Assembly (NCBI GenBank): GCA_028718905.1
Contig: JAQUKV010000007.1
Span: 588-64,587 of the forward strand
Length of the DNA stretch: 64,000 nucleotides
Reading direction: 5' to 3'
Origin: Candidatus Peribacteraceae bacterium
GTDB lineage: Bacteria; Patescibacteriota; Gracilibacteria; Peribacterales; Peribacteraceae
Shown here: piece after piece, positions 1-9,648 of the stretch
How positions within the stretch are numbered: the first letter of the stretch is position 1
Layout of the letters: every line of letters starts with the position of its first letter
Position numbers and translations under genes: made by a program
Notes under the pieces: model-generated
Seen by the model: the letters and a program-made list of their open reading frames with translations, nothing else
The model's database searches: none
Told to the model about the DNA's origin: nothing

Positions 1-802
1 CCTCTGCGTACCCTTCGGGTGTTCCCGTATCGATCCGTGAGCCGCTGCACTCAAGGGCGTAGACCGGCAGGGTCTTCAATTTCGCGATCAGGGCATCGAT
101 CAGGCGGATCTCACCGTCTTTTCCTGCCTGCACATCCGGCAGCGACGCGATGACGGAGCGCGGAATCAGGTAACGTCCCACGATGCCGAGTGTCGAAGGC
201 GCCTTCACGGGCTCCGGTTTCTCGACAAGACCTTTCACCTTCCGCAGGCGCGGGTGGCCGTGCACCTCATTCTCGATTTCTATGATGCCATAGCGGTTCG
301 TCTTCTCGCGGGGGATATTTTCGACAGCGATCAGTGCAAATTCCTTCTCGGGGATGAAATGACTCGCTTCGATCAGCTGCACGATGCCGGGTTTGTCGCC
401 GACGAAGAGATCGTCGCCGAAGAGTACGGCGACCATGTCGCTTTTCACGAACGTGCCGGCCTGCAGAATCGCGTGTCCGTCCCCGAGCATCTGTTCCTGA
501 TACGCCGTTTCAAAGTGTGCTTTTTCGTAGGTCTTCAGGACGGTAAGGAGCTTCTCTTTGCCGCGTCGCTTCATCTCCTTTGCGAGTGCGGGGTCCTCTT
601 CGAAGTATCGAAGAATCGCCTCTTTTCCGTGGCTGATCACGAAGCAGATGTCCGTAATGCCTGCCTCGAGACACTCATCGACGACGTACGCGATGATCGG
701 GCGGTTGCTCAGCGGCAGCATCTCTTTGGGTATGGCTTTCGTCCACGGGAGGAACCGCGTGCCGAGTCCGGCAACGGGGAGGATGGCTTGGGAGATTTTC
801 AT
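1..802 (-). CDS. galU: UTP--glucose-1-phosphate uridylyltransferase, C-terminus beyond window edge
   Basis: Reverse translation from ATG (rc of 800-802) reads [43 protein letters not shown]..., the GalU nucleotide-binding loop. It is missing from the ORF track because no stop lies in the window. Confidence 0.85.
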   Translation of the reverse strand, partial: MKISQAILPVAGLGTRFLPWTKAIPKEMLPLSNRPIIAYVVDECLEAGITDICFVISHGKEAILRYFEEDPALAKEMKRRGKEKLLTVLKTYEKAHFETAYQEQMLGDGHAILQAGTFVKSDMVAVLFGDDLFVGDKPGIVQLIEASHFIPEKEFALIAVENIPREKTNRYGIIEIENEVHGHPRLRKVKGLVEKPEPVKAPSTLGIVGRYLIPRSVIASLPDVQAGKDGEIRLIDALIAKLKTLPVYALECSGSRIDTGTPEGYAE

Positions 803-1974
803 TGGAAAGGATGGGAGGGGGGAGATGACTTTGAGGAACGGAGAGTGATGACAAAGAGGGTAACCAGAACGATTGCGGCACCTCCCATGCCCACCCACGG
901 CAGCCACGGCAGGCGTTCGGTGACACGGCTCTCCTGCGTATCGCACACATCCCCAATCCCGTCGCCATCCGTGTCTTTCTGGTCCCTGTTGGGCAGATTT
1001 TCGCAGTTATCTTTGCTGTTGATGATGCCGTCCTGATCGAAATCGTCGCAGACATCTCCGCGGCCGTTGCTGTTGAGATCCTGCTGATCCGGGTTGGCGA
1101 TCGCGACGCAGTTATCCTGTACGTCGGGCATGCCGTCACCGTCGCTATCCGCGATGCGGTAGGCGGGATTCGGCTTCGAGCCGTCGGTGGCAATCGACAT
1201 CACGTCTTTCGCCGATGCCAGGTTTCCCGCTTCACCGACCTTGGCGGATACCTTGCGGTCCGGATTGAAGTAGATGCGGTACGTCTGGGAGGGCTGCGCC
1301 AGAAAACGGAGCGAGCGAAAGGAAGGCGAAGCGTTTTCTTGGTTCAACCGCAACTCGGTAATGCGAAGCATCTGGCCATACGTGAATGTGACCGTCCAGG
1401 TTTGCGAGATGGTGCGGGGGAAGAAGAGCGTGCAGCACGATGTCATTTTGCTGTTTGCCAGAATGATAGATTCCTTTCCTTCCACGATGGCACGCACTTC
1501 TGCGGTGAGCGGTTGGGCCACATGATCATCGAGCAGCAGGGTGAGCGAGGAAGAAGCGACCGGTACAGAACTTGAAAGGACCAGACGCACCTGCCCCTGA
1601 GTATTTTCAGGAAGGGGGAACTCGGCGAAGGTGTCATCGTTCGCGTCGACCATATTTTTCAAAGGGATATTCGCCTGCGCCGTGCTGGAGGTCACCGAAA
1701 GTGCGCGCACCGTTTCCTCCCGGAAAGAGGATGGCTCGAAGGCACTGGTGGTTTGGTTCCAGACCGCAAAATCCGTACGCTCCATCGCTTCGGTATTGAA
1801 CGGGACCTCAACCACTGTGGGTACGCTGATTCTGAGCGAGCCGACATCTTTGTAATTGCGGTAGGCACTGATGACCTGCTCCGGCGTCAGGGGAGCATTC
1901 TGCGCCTGTACCCGTACCGCAGTAGCGATCAGGCAGAGCGTGAGGGCGGAGAAAGCAATATGCTTCATGTGCAT
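799..1974 (-). CDS. Secreted, C-terminally anchored protein with thrombospondin type-3 (Ca-binding) repeats
   Basis: 391-aa ORF. Signal peptide [23 protein letters not shown]. Repeats [26 protein letters not shown] and [13 protein letters not shown]-terminal TM helix. The stop overlaps the galU start (ATGA). Confidence 0.8.
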   Translation of the reverse strand: MHMKHIAFSALTLCLIATAVRVQAQNAPLTPEQVISAYRNYKDVGSLRISVPTVVEVPFNTEAMERTDFAVWNQTTSAFEPSSFREETVRALSVTSSTAQANIPLKNMVDANDDTFAEFPLPENTQGQVRLVLSSSVPVASSSLTLLLDDHVAQPLTAEVRAIVEGKESIILANSKMTSCCTLFFPRTISQTWTVTFTYGQMLRITELRLNQENASPSFRSLRFLAQPSQTYRIYFNPDRKVSAKVGEAGNLASAKDVMSIATDGSKPNPAYRIADSDGDGMPDVQDNCVAIANPDQQDLNSNGRGDVCDDFDQDGIINSKDNCENLPNRDQKDTDGDGIGDVCDTQESRVTERLPWLPWVGMGGAAIVLVTLFVITLRSSKSSPPSHPFQ

Positions 1975-1992
1975 TGGGGAACAGAAAAAGGT

Positions 1993-3720
1993 TTAGGAAG
2001 TACGTTTTTTTCTTCCTATGAAAGCCGTCGAGATGAGCAGTGCGCCCACGAGGAAGAAGGTGACGATCCGTCCCGAGAGCTCCATGCTCCAGACATCGAT
2101 CAGGAGCAGGCGCGCCACCACGCAGCCCAGTACCACTCCACCGTATACTTTCAATCCCTGCTGTCCCTTCGCTTTTCCCGCGAGATGGGTGATGAGCCCG
2201 ATGATCGTGTAGACAGCCAGAGCACTCATCACCGCGGTGGCATCCTGCAGCGTTGCCTGTAGTGAGAGCCAGAGCAGTGCGTAGAGGTATAGGGAGCCCA
2301 ATGCCGCCAGAAGCCCGCTGGGAAGTTCGAGGTCTGCCGGCTTCGCCATCCGCGCCTGCGACCAAAGAAAGGCGCCGAGGCCGAGCAAGACGACTCCCAG
2401 CGTGAGGAGCACAAAGAAGTCATCATGCCAGATGCCTATGGACCAGCCCATGGACCATTGGGGGGAGGTCAAGCTGTCTACAGAGAGCGCAATCGGTCCG
2501 ACAAAGAGCAGAGAGGTCCGTAGCGCAATCTTGAGATCCTTGAGCAGGCCATAGGCCAGTGCGGCGATGACTCCGGTTTCCAAGGTGTAGGCGATGGTTA
2601 ATGCGGCACCTTCAAATTTTGCGGCCGTCGCACCGGCAAGCAGGACAATACCCACTCCCACATACACATAGAGCGGTTCGCGCTTGTGAGTGATGGTGAA
2701 GATCGAGAACGCCCCGATGACGAAGAGGAGCATCCACCCGACGATGATCAGGCTTTTCCATTCATCCGGAGCCGCCATCATGATCCAGGCCAGCAGGAAC
2801 AAACCGGTGCCTGCGGCAGTGAGCAGATCCGGAAGCATTTCCTTCTTCTCCAACTTCAAGAGCCCTGCGGTATTGGTGACGAAGAAGGCAGCCGCGAACG
2901 CGTACGCGAGCAGCAGCAGAGTGGGGAGTTCCACCGGCTTCGATGCGAGTGTGGGGATGCTGTAGAGCGCGATGATGATAAGAGCCGCCGCGGTGAGCTC
3001 GTGTCTGCGGATGATGACAGCGATCCAGATGGCACCTAGTGTGACAATCAGCAGGTAGGTGAAGAGTCCCACGAGGTTCGGTTCTGGCGAGTGCGTGAGC
3101 AGCGGTGCGACGCTTGCAAGGATCAGACTGCCGAGCGCAAGGGCGCGATTGTTATAACGTACGCTGGCGAATCCCACGAAGGCTGTGCTCAGAAACATCA
3201 GGGCGAGAGCGCTCAAGGGCGTGAAGAAACCGTACACCGAGCGTGCCGCAAAGATCGTCACCAGAATCACTGTGGATCCCAGCACCAGAAAGACACCTCC
3301 CTGATGAATGAATTTCTGGATTCTCCAGAAGCCAAGCAGTAGAAAGAGAACGCCGGCAACGATGCCGAACGCGATGCGACCCATGGGACCGATCCAGTTG
3401 TTCATGAAGGCATAGGTCGTCAGCCAGCCGAATGCGATGATCAGGAGCAGTGCGCCCAACTTGAGCAGCCAGTCCTCTTTCGCCCAAAGTACAAAACGAT
3501 CAAGTGCCGTGGGGGCCGAGTGTTGTGGGTACAAAACGGGTTGTTGCCGTTCCTGAACGGACTCCTCACGTAGAGGGCGTGCAGGTAATCTGCCTTCATG
3601 GATGCATTCTTCCAGTGCGTCCACGCGCCTGCGCAGATTGGACACCGAGAAAAGCAGGATGATCGGGCTCACAATCAAACCGAGCACCACAAGGAGGAGG
3701 ATGAGAAAGATGGATTCCAT
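1993..3720 (-). CDS. Polytopic membrane protein (DUF2339-like architecture)
   Basis: 575 aa. One N-terminal TM, a short charged or coiled segment, then more than 12 hydrophobic helices. The family name is from memory of the architecture only. Confidence 0.65.
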   Translation of the reverse strand: MESIFLILLLVVLGLIVSPIILLFSVSNLRRRVDALEECIHEGRLPARPLREESVQERQQPVLYPQHSAPTALDRFVLWAKEDWLLKLGALLLIIAFGWLTTYAFMNNWIGPMGRIAFGIVAGVLFLLLGFWRIQKFIHQGGVFLVLGSTVILVTIFAARSVYGFFTPLSALALMFLSTAFVGFASVRYNNRALALGSLILASVAPLLTHSPEPNLVGLFTYLLIVTLGAIWIAVIIRRHELTAAALIIIALYSIPTLASKPVELPTLLLLAYAFAAAFFVTNTAGLLKLEKKEMLPDLLTAAGTGLFLLAWIMMAAPDEWKSLIIVGWMLLFVIGAFSIFTITHKREPLYVYVGVGIVLLAGATAAKFEGAALTIAYTLETGVIAALAYGLLKDLKIALRTSLLFVGPIALSVDSLTSPQWSMGWSIGIWHDDFFVLLTLGVVLLGLGAFLWSQARMAKPADLELPSGLLAALGSLYLYALLWLSLQATLQDATAVMSALAVYTIIGLITHLAGKAKGQQGLKVYGGVVLGCVVARLLLIDVWSMELSGRIVTFFLVGALLISTAFIGRKKRTS

Positions 3721-3895
3721 AGACTTGCATCATAGCAAACGATCTGTTCGTGCATAACAGAACGGAATTAAGGAAAGCGGCGCGTTTTGGCGGAGCGAAA
3801 CAAGAGTGAAAATATGCCCGGCTCGAATTGGTTGATTTTCGCTGACAGATGCCATTTTCCATGAACCGCATATGACAGTTCAGTGTGTTCCTGGT

Positions 3896-3924
3896 TTGAC
3901 CCTTCTGCCAAAAACCGCTACAAT
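3896..3924 (+). promoter_or_regulatory. Sigma-70-like promoter (TTGACC-17 nt-TACAAT)
   Basis: TTGACC at 3896-3901, a 17-nt spacer, TACAAT at 3919-3924. It lies 28 nt upstream of the ATG at 3952. Confidence 0.5.
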
Positions 3925-3951
3925 GTCTCGATTTCTTCCACATAAACTCCC

Positions 3952-4221
3952 ATGACCGTCTCACAGTCCGCACTCGCCAAGGTTCACGATCTCTACGTCA
4001 TGCAGATCGAGCTCTGGAAACATTTGCGCGAGGGAAATTTTCAGAAGGCCGATCAGCGGAAAGAAACACAGAGGTGCCTGAAGCAATTCTCCCGTCTGCT
4101 CGATCAGGTGGACTGGCATTACATGGGCGGCGAGGATGTTCTGGCAGAACTGAAGACGATGCGCGGTGAAGTGTCGGCACAACTGAGAAATATCCGCCGG
4201 AGGAAGACGAAGAAAAAGTAG
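3952..4221 (+). CDS. Small helical hypothetical protein with basic tail
   Basis: 89-aa ORF with a promoter-like element upstream. No recognisable family. Confidence 0.5.
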   Translation: MTVSQSALAKVHDLYVMQIELWKHLREGNFQKADQRKETQRCLKQFSRLLDQVDWHYMGGEDVLAELKTMRGEVSAQLRNIRRRKTKKK

Positions 4222-4311
4222 TACGCAGTAAGCAGAGAGCAGTAAGCAGAGTTTTCTTGTGCGCTTTTTTTCGATATGCGTTCTGCGTAATACTTACTGC
4301 ATACTGCTTAC
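4221..4311. repeat. GCAGTAN heptamer-word hairpin, copy i
   Basis: Left arm GTACGCAGTAAGCAGAGAGCAGTAAGCAG. Right arm CTGCGTAATACTTACTGCATACTGCTTAC. It fills the gap between two convergent stop codons. Confidence 0.8.
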
Positions 4312-4767
4312 CTAGCCTCCTTCGCTGATCCGGATCACTTTCACCTTCTCCTCTTTGGGGACAAGGATTTTCAGGATGCTGTCGCGATTGAACGTGGCCT
4401 TCACCCGCTTGGGGTCGATGACGCACGGCAGCGTGATGGAGCGAGAGAATTCCCCCCAGAAACATTCCTGCAGATAGTACTGATCGCGCGCCACCGCATC
4501 CGGAACACTCCTCCTGCCGCGGATGGTGAGCACTTTTTCATCCACTTCGATGTCGAGATCGCCCAATTTCACGCCCGCGAGCGGTGCACGCACGATGTAG
4601 TAGCTGTCCTGCTCGTAGATATCCACGGCGATCTGGCCGATACCCGACTGACGGGACGGAGCGGATTCTTCGGTCGTGAGTTTGACGGCCGTTGCCGCCG
4701 CCGCCTTCTGATCCCACTCGGGGGATCCCAGGGAACTGAAGATGCCGTGGAAAGGAGAAGACGCCAT
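4312..4767 (-). CDS. Hsp20/alpha-crystallin small heat-shock protein
   Basis: 151 aa. Alpha-crystallin core IYEQDSYYIVRAPLAGVKLGDLDIEVDEKVLTIRGRR...FSRSITLP...ATFNRDSILKILVPK. Confidence 0.85.
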   Translation of the reverse strand: MASSPFHGIFSSLGSPEWDQKAAAATAVKLTTEESAPSRQSGIGQIAVDIYEQDSYYIVRAPLAGVKLGDLDIEVDEKVLTIRGRRSVPDAVARDQYYLQECFWGEFSRSITLPCVIDPKRVKATFNRDSILKILVPKEEKVKVIRISEGG

Positions 4768-4960
4768 TTTCGGTAATGGTATCGAATTTTGCTGAGGGTT
4801 AGCAAAGAGGATCAGTAGCGCATTAAGAGAGATGTGATGAATTGACAGCCGTTCATGATTGGGGGTTCGCCGATTTTCGGATGCAAATCCGGGCGGACGT
4901 CCAAGCCGATCGGCACTGTTTCAATCGCCAAACATGCGCTTCTTCTGTAGCCTGTGACAG

Positions 4961-5584
4961 ATGCTGCAGACATTTGCACACTGGCTGGTCGACACCGTGG
5001 GGGCCGTGGGGTACCCCGGCATCATCCTGCTCATGGCGGTGGAGAGCTCCTTCATCCCTTTTCCCAGCGAAGTGGTGATGATCCCTGCGGGGTACCTCGC
5101 AAAACAGGGTCAGATGCATCTGGGGCTTGTGATTTTTTGCGGGGCATTCGGGTCCATGCTCGGCGCTCTGGCGAACTACATGATCGCCGCCACGCTCGGG
5201 CGCAGATTGCTGCTGAAATACAGTCACTGGTTTCTGATGTCTCCCGAAAAATTCCAGCGGGCGGAGCGTTTTCTGCTCGAACACGGCGAAATCGGCACTT
5301 TCGTCGGGCGCATCATCCCGGTCGTGCGGCAATACATTTCGTTTCCGGCGGGGTTGGCGGAAATGCCGCTGCTCCGCTTTTCGCTCTGGACGGGTTTAGG
5401 TGCGGGTTTCTGGGTGACGGTGCTCGCGCTCATCGGTTTCGCAGTCGGCGGCAACGAGCAGCTTGTCCGGCAATGGTCGCAGACCGCAACGCTCTGGGCC
5501 GTCGGCGGCTGCATCGTGCTGTTGTGGCTCTACGTCCAGTGGAAACGTTGGTGTCAGCGGCGTGTTCCCCCCGCACGCGGATGA
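4961..5584 (+). CDS. DedA/SNARE-associated family membrane protein
   Basis: 207 aa. Contains ESSFIPFPSEVVMIPAGY and GRIIPVVRQYISFPAG motifs, with 4-5 TM segments. Confidence 0.85.
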   Translation: MLQTFAHWLVDTVGAVGYPGIILLMAVESSFIPFPSEVVMIPAGYLAKQGQMHLGLVIFCGAFGSMLGALANYMIAATLGRRLLLKYSHWFLMSPEKFQRAERFLLEHGEIGTFVGRIIPVVRQYISFPAGLAEMPLLRFSLWTGLGAGFWVTVLALIGFAVGGNEQLVRQWSQTATLWAVGGCIVLLWLYVQWKRWCQRRVPPARG

Positions 5585-6360
5585 CCGCTCTCGATGCGTT
5601 GCTCCTCGGCCTTTTGCAGGGGATCACCGAGCTCCTGCCCGTTTCGAGCTCCGGGCATCTGGTGCTTGCCGAAACATTCCTCAACGTGGGTATTCCGGCG
5701 CACCTGCAGAGTTTCGATATTCTGCTGCACGCAGGTTCTTTGTTGGCACTGCTTCTTGCATATCCGATGCTGTGGTGGAACATGCTCTGTTCCCTCTCAA
5801 CAAAAGAGAGTCGTCACCGGCATCTGTTCTTCATGATTCTGCTCGCAACCGTTCCCGCCGCAATGACCGGTCTCTTCTTCGAAAATTTCATCGCACTGCA
5901 CCTGCGCTCTCTGACATTCGTGGGCGTGGGCTTTGCGATTACGGGTGTTCTGCTTGTTCTCGCAGAGCGTGTGCCGCAACACAGAGATGCCTCTCGTATC
6001 CCGTGGCTCCATGCACTGTTCATCGGTTTGGCACAGGCCTGTGCGTTGCCACCGGGCGTTTCACGATCGGGACTCACCATTGCCGCCGCACGTTCCCTTG
6101 GATGGCGACGTGAATCGGCGGTGGAATTTTCTTTTCTTCTCGCTGTTCCGGTGATTGCAGGGGCCACCTTGATCACGGCCACGGATCTTCTGCATGGCAT
6201 TACATTGCCTTCTCCTTCCGTTGTTTGGGTCGGTGTCTTGGCATCTTTCGGCTCCAGTGTGCTCGCCATTCTCTTTTTGCGTGCGATGGTGCGACGATTC
6301 AGTCTGTCGTGGTTTGCTCTCTATCTCATTCCACTCGCCGTTCTTTTACTTGCTTCATAA
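5581..6360 (+). CDS. uppP: Undecaprenyl-diphosphate phosphatase
   Basis: An internal ATG at 5581 (ATGA overlap with the dedA stop) gives MTALDALLLGLLQGITELLPVSSSGHL..., the BacA/UppP signature. The upstream part of the 468-aa ORF overlaps dedA in another frame. Confidence 0.85.
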   Translation: MTALDALLLGLLQGITELLPVSSSGHLVLAETFLNVGIPAHLQSFDILLHAGSLLALLLAYPMLWWNMLCSLSTKESRHRHLFFMILLATVPAAMTGLFFENFIALHLRSLTFVGVGFAITGVLLVLAERVPQHRDASRIPWLHALFIGLAQACALPPGVSRSGLTIAAARSLGWRRESAVEFSFLLAVPVIAGATLITATDLLHGITLPSPSVVWVGVLASFGSSVLAILFLRAMVRRFSLSWFALYLIPLAVLLLAS

Positions 6361-6471
6361 GTCGGACATCACTATGTTTTTTTGTGCAAGCGAAGTGCAC
6401 ACACCAAACCTTGATCTTGTGTGCGCCGTCAGTACAATGCGCCCCTACGTAACCCCTCCTCCTCCCCCCTC

Positions 6472-6696
6472 ATGTCCTCTGTCGCTCTGAAGAACTGCAT
6501 CCGCCGCCTCCGTTTCGAGAAGAACATGACGCAGGAGGAACTGGCGCTGCGTACGGGGGTGAGCCGGCAGACGATCATGTCGATCGAGCGCGGGCAGACG
6601 AATCCCTCGGTGCTCCTTGCTTATAAAATCGCAGCGGCGTTGAGCACACCCATTTCGAGCGTGTTCCAGATGGAGGGGGCGCTGGCACCGGTGTAA
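6472..6696 (+). CDS. XRE-family helix-turn-helix transcriptional regulator
   Basis: MSSVALKNCIRRLRFEKNMTQEELALRTGVSRQTIMSIERGQTNPSVLLAYKIAAAL is a typical HTH_3 sequence. Confidence 0.8.
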   Translation: MSSVALKNCIRRLRFEKNMTQEELALRTGVSRQTIMSIERGQTNPSVLLAYKIAAALSTPISSVFQMEGALAPV

Positions 6697-6848
6697 TTCA
6701 TGAGAGACAAACCTTCAGCCTTCGCCCTTCGGGCTACTGCCGACAGGGCGGTTTTTCTCTCATCCCTCAACTACCCGTCCGTGCCGGACAACGTCCGGGC
6801 GGGCGCTCGGGGTGACAGCGTAATACAACAAGAGTGTTGAGGTTATGG

Positions 6849-6934
6849 GTGACCCTGAGCGAAGCCGAACAGGTCACGAACTCTCTTTTCCCTTAAAGGT
6901 GTCGCTCTAGACGAGCGGAGCCCGTCTTCGCGAC
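6849..6934 (-). ncRNA. Structured-RNA-like element, copy D
   Basis: Read on the reverse strand: GTCGC-GAA-[GACGGGCTCCGCTCGTC]-TAGA-GCGAC-ACCTTTAAGGGAAAAG-AGAGTT-[GTGACCTG..CAGGGTCAC]. Same architecture as copies A, B and C. Confidence 0.6.
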
Positions 6935-7149
6935 AGACAAGTCACGAATCGGATCCTTTTCTTGGCACAGGGGATAACCGTCCTTTGTAGAATTCTAAAG
7001 GGTGGTGGGTGCGCATCCCGGCGGCGAAATTGAGGAGCGGACGAAATTTATTCACAATTTGCGCGACGGAAGAAGATTCCGCACCAACATGCTCATGCCC
7101 TTGATGGGCGTCAGGCGCCTTCGGTAGCCTCTCGGTTTCCGACATGACT

Positions 7150-8847
7150 TCAGTGTAGCACTCCTTCCGGCAGTTGCGTCTCTTCCTTGAGTGATGAGGA
7201 GGCTACTCGCAGATCTTCGATGACGATCTGCGGCGCCCTGTGTCCGTTCCACGTGTCGACGCCGATCTTGCAGAGGAGATCGAGTGACTGGCCGGTATGA
7301 TCGCTTAGGGGACCCAGCCGCCATCCGATTGTTTTCAATCCCGCGGTGCGTCCCTGCAGGTGCGCCCCCTCCTTCCCGACGCGCCGCGGTTGCTCCAGCG
7401 TAACATTCTTGAGGAGGAAGACCGGTTCGGGATTTCCCTGACCGAACGGTTCCAACTGTTTCAGTTGTGCACAGAAGGAGAGCGAGATGTCCCGCGCTTC
7501 GATCATCGCATCTGCGGCGAGTGCGGGAATGAGATGCTCTCGTGTGGTGCGCGCGGCCGCGTCCTGCGACAGGCGCCGCAACACTTCGGCAAGGTTCTGC
7601 TCCGGGAACGTGCATCCCGCCGCCTGCGCATGGCCGCCGAATGCACTGAGCAGATCGGCGACCCGCTCGAGACCCTCGGTGACGTGATAGGCGGGCGTGC
7701 TGCGCAGTGACGCCGTGCATTCCCGATCCCGGATGGTGACCACGACGCTGGGATGCCCTGTCGCTTCGGTGAGCCGGCCTGCGATGAGGCCGATGAGTCC
7801 GGACGGAAACTCCACATCCGTTCCCGTGACGGTGAGGAGTGCCGGGAGTGCGGCCATCTCTTCTGGTCGCGGTTGTGAAGAGAGATGCAGGAGCTGCCAT
7901 GCACGCGCGAACAGGCCGCCCGTGGCGTCCTGACGGTGCGTATTGAGCTGCCCGAGCCGGGTGAGAGCTTCTCCGCCCTCCAGCAGAGCCGTAAGCGCAA
8001 TGAGAGGGTCCTGCATGCGTCCGGCGGCGTTGATGCGTGGAGAGAGGCGGAACGCGACATCCGTGCTCGTCAGAGGTCCGCCCTGCGTGCGTACGGATGC
8101 CGCGAGAAGGGAGAGCGGTCCTTTGTCGAGCGCATTGAGGGCGGCGATGCCCTGTTGTACCAGAACGCGGTTCACGCCGCGTAACTCGACCAGATCCGCG
8201 ATCGTGCCGATGGCCGCGAGGGCGAGATCCGTCTGACGGTCATCCCACTCGTCCGCCCCTTCGAATGCGCGGATGAACTGCAGGGCGACCCCTGCGCCGG
8301 AGGGATGGGGCAACGGGTGGCGTGGAGCGAGAGCGGGATGGATCAGCGCCAGCGCTTTCGGCACTTCATCCTGTACATGGTGGTGATCCGTCACGATCAC
8401 GTCGATTCCCCGTGCGGACGCCAGAGCGATTTCTTTGATCGCAGTGATGCCCGTATCCACAGTGAGGAGCAGGGTGACGCCGCGCACGCCGCATTCCTCA
8501 ATGATCGTCCGGTTGAGTCCGTAGCCGTCGTGCACGCGGTGCGGCAGACGCACGACGGGTTCGTTGCCGTGTCTTTTCAATAATCGCACGAGGAGCGCAG
8601 TCGCCGTGATACCGTCGCAATCGTAATCGCCGAAAATCCCGATGGTTTCACCTGCCGCAATGGCGCGTCTTACGCGCTCCACGGCACGGGGCATATCCGG
8701 AAAAATCCACGGGTCTAAGAGCGCGTTACCGGAGGAGAGGGAACGCTCGGCCATGAGTCTGGCGGGGATTGCCGAAGGCACAGCATCTTTCCGCTCCGGA
8801 ATGATCCAGCGTTTACCCGTTAACGAGAGAGGATTCTGCACAGGCAA
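7150..8847 (-). CDS. recJ: Single-stranded-DNA-specific exonuclease RecJ
   Basis: 565 aa. DHH family motifs IFGDYDCDGITA, DTGI and VTDHH. Confidence 0.9.
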   Translation of the reverse strand: MPVQNPLSLTGKRWIIPERKDAVPSAIPARLMAERSLSSGNALLDPWIFPDMPRAVERVRRAIAAGETIGIFGDYDCDGITATALLVRLLKRHGNEPVVRLPHRVHDGYGLNRTIIEECGVRGVTLLLTVDTGITAIKEIALASARGIDVIVTDHHHVQDEVPKALALIHPALAPRHPLPHPSGAGVALQFIRAFEGADEWDDRQTDLALAAIGTIADLVELRGVNRVLVQQGIAALNALDKGPLSLLAASVRTQGGPLTSTDVAFRLSPRINAAGRMQDPLIALTALLEGGEALTRLGQLNTHRQDATGGLFARAWQLLHLSSQPRPEEMAALPALLTVTGTDVEFPSGLIGLIAGRLTEATGHPSVVVTIRDRECTASLRSTPAYHVTEGLERVADLLSAFGGHAQAAGCTFPEQNLAEVLRRLSQDAAARTTREHLIPALAADAMIEARDISLSFCAQLKQLEPFGQGNPEPVFLLKNVTLEQPRRVGKEGAHLQGRTAGLKTIGWRLGPLSDHTGQSLDLLCKIGVDTWNGHRAPQIVIEDLRVASSSLKEETQLPEGVLH

Positions 8848-8888
8848 GGGAGACTAGCAGGGGGCGGGGGATGCGGAAAGAGATCCTG

Positions 8889-9037
8889 GCCTCACCCCCT
8901 TGCCCCCTCTCCATCCCTGCCACGATTCCTTCATGGAGAGGGGGAGAACGGTCTCTTCAAAGTATGCTCATCTACAGGAAGAGCGTGCCCCTCTCCCGTT
9001 GGCGTTAAGTGGGTAGGGAGAGGGGTAGGGGGTGAGG
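8889..9037. repeat. Nested-palindrome ~150-nt element, copy 1
   Basis: GCCTCACCCCC..CCCCCTCTCC..GGAGAGGGGG..variable..CCCCTCTCCCGTTGGCGT..GGAGAGGGGTAGGGGGTGAGG. Confidence 0.85.
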
Positions 9038-9089
9038 AAAAAAACAGCACACAAAAACAGCTCCAATCCCTCATGTCCAATTCCAATCC

Positions 9090-9620
9090 CTATTTGGCGG
9101 CCATCACCTTCCCTTTCTTGGCGCGCCAGAGCGTCCAGCCGACCGCTCCGGCCATGGTGATGCCCGAGAGGATGCCGCCGGCGCCCGTGGGGGCCAGGGG
9201 GGCACCGCCGTGCAAAGAGTCCGCCTGCAGAGGGAGCATGCGATCGCCGTACAGCACCACCTGCTGGTTGCGCTGCACGCGGTCGAGCAGACGGATCGTC
9301 TGGAGCAGACGCAGATCCTCGGCGGAGTACGATCCTTCAGGAGCCGCACCGTTCCCTTCCGCGGGTGCCGGTACTGCAGCGACACTCGAAGCCTCTGAAG
9401 AATGTTGCGCATTGAAGATGATTTCCTGCTCGCGTTCCCTGCGGTCAGCGCTCTCGCGGGACTGCTGGGCGACGCGGTCCATCGTCTCGCGGGTGGTCGG
9501 AGGCAGGTAGAGTTCCTTGTTCAGCAACACGTCCTCCGGCGAGAGGTAGGCCAGTGCGGCAGGTGCCACGCAGAGGCTCAAAAGCAGAAGTGCGCCGCGG
9601 AGGAAATGTTTGTATGTCAT
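9090..9620 (-). CDS. Secreted protein with C-terminal membrane anchor, unknown function
   Basis: 176 aa. Signal peptide ...LSLCVAPAALA, a charged helical middle, and a C-terminal TM followed by a KKGK tail. Confidence 0.6.
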   Translation of the reverse strand: MTYKHFLRGALLLLSLCVAPAALAYLSPEDVLLNKELYLPPTTRETMDRVAQQSRESADRREREQEIIFNAQHSSEASSVAAVPAPAEGNGAAPEGSYSAEDLRLLQTIRLLDRVQRNQQVVLYGDRMLPLQADSLHGGAPLAPTGAGGILSGITMAGAVGWTLWRAKKGKVMAAK

Positions 9621-9648
9621 CGGATCATTATAGAGGATTTGAGGAGTT

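Noticed and set aside
254-1036. 260-aa plus-strand ORF at the window start.
   Set aside because: It overlaps the clear minus-strand galU and TSP3-repeat genes. Its translation has no motifs.
4789-4805. Inverted repeat TTGCTGA-GGG-TTAGCAA upstream of the Hsp20 gene, considered as a heat-shock operator.
   Set aside because: It does not match CIRCE (TTAGCACTC-N9-GAGTGCTAA) or HAIR consensus. It has one mismatch and occurs once, so it is too weak to call.
4954-5580. N-terminal 209 codons of the 468-aa ORF that ends as uppP.
   Set aside because: This part overlaps dedA in another frame and is Arg/Gly/Ala-rich junk. The UppP signature starts at the ATG at 5581.
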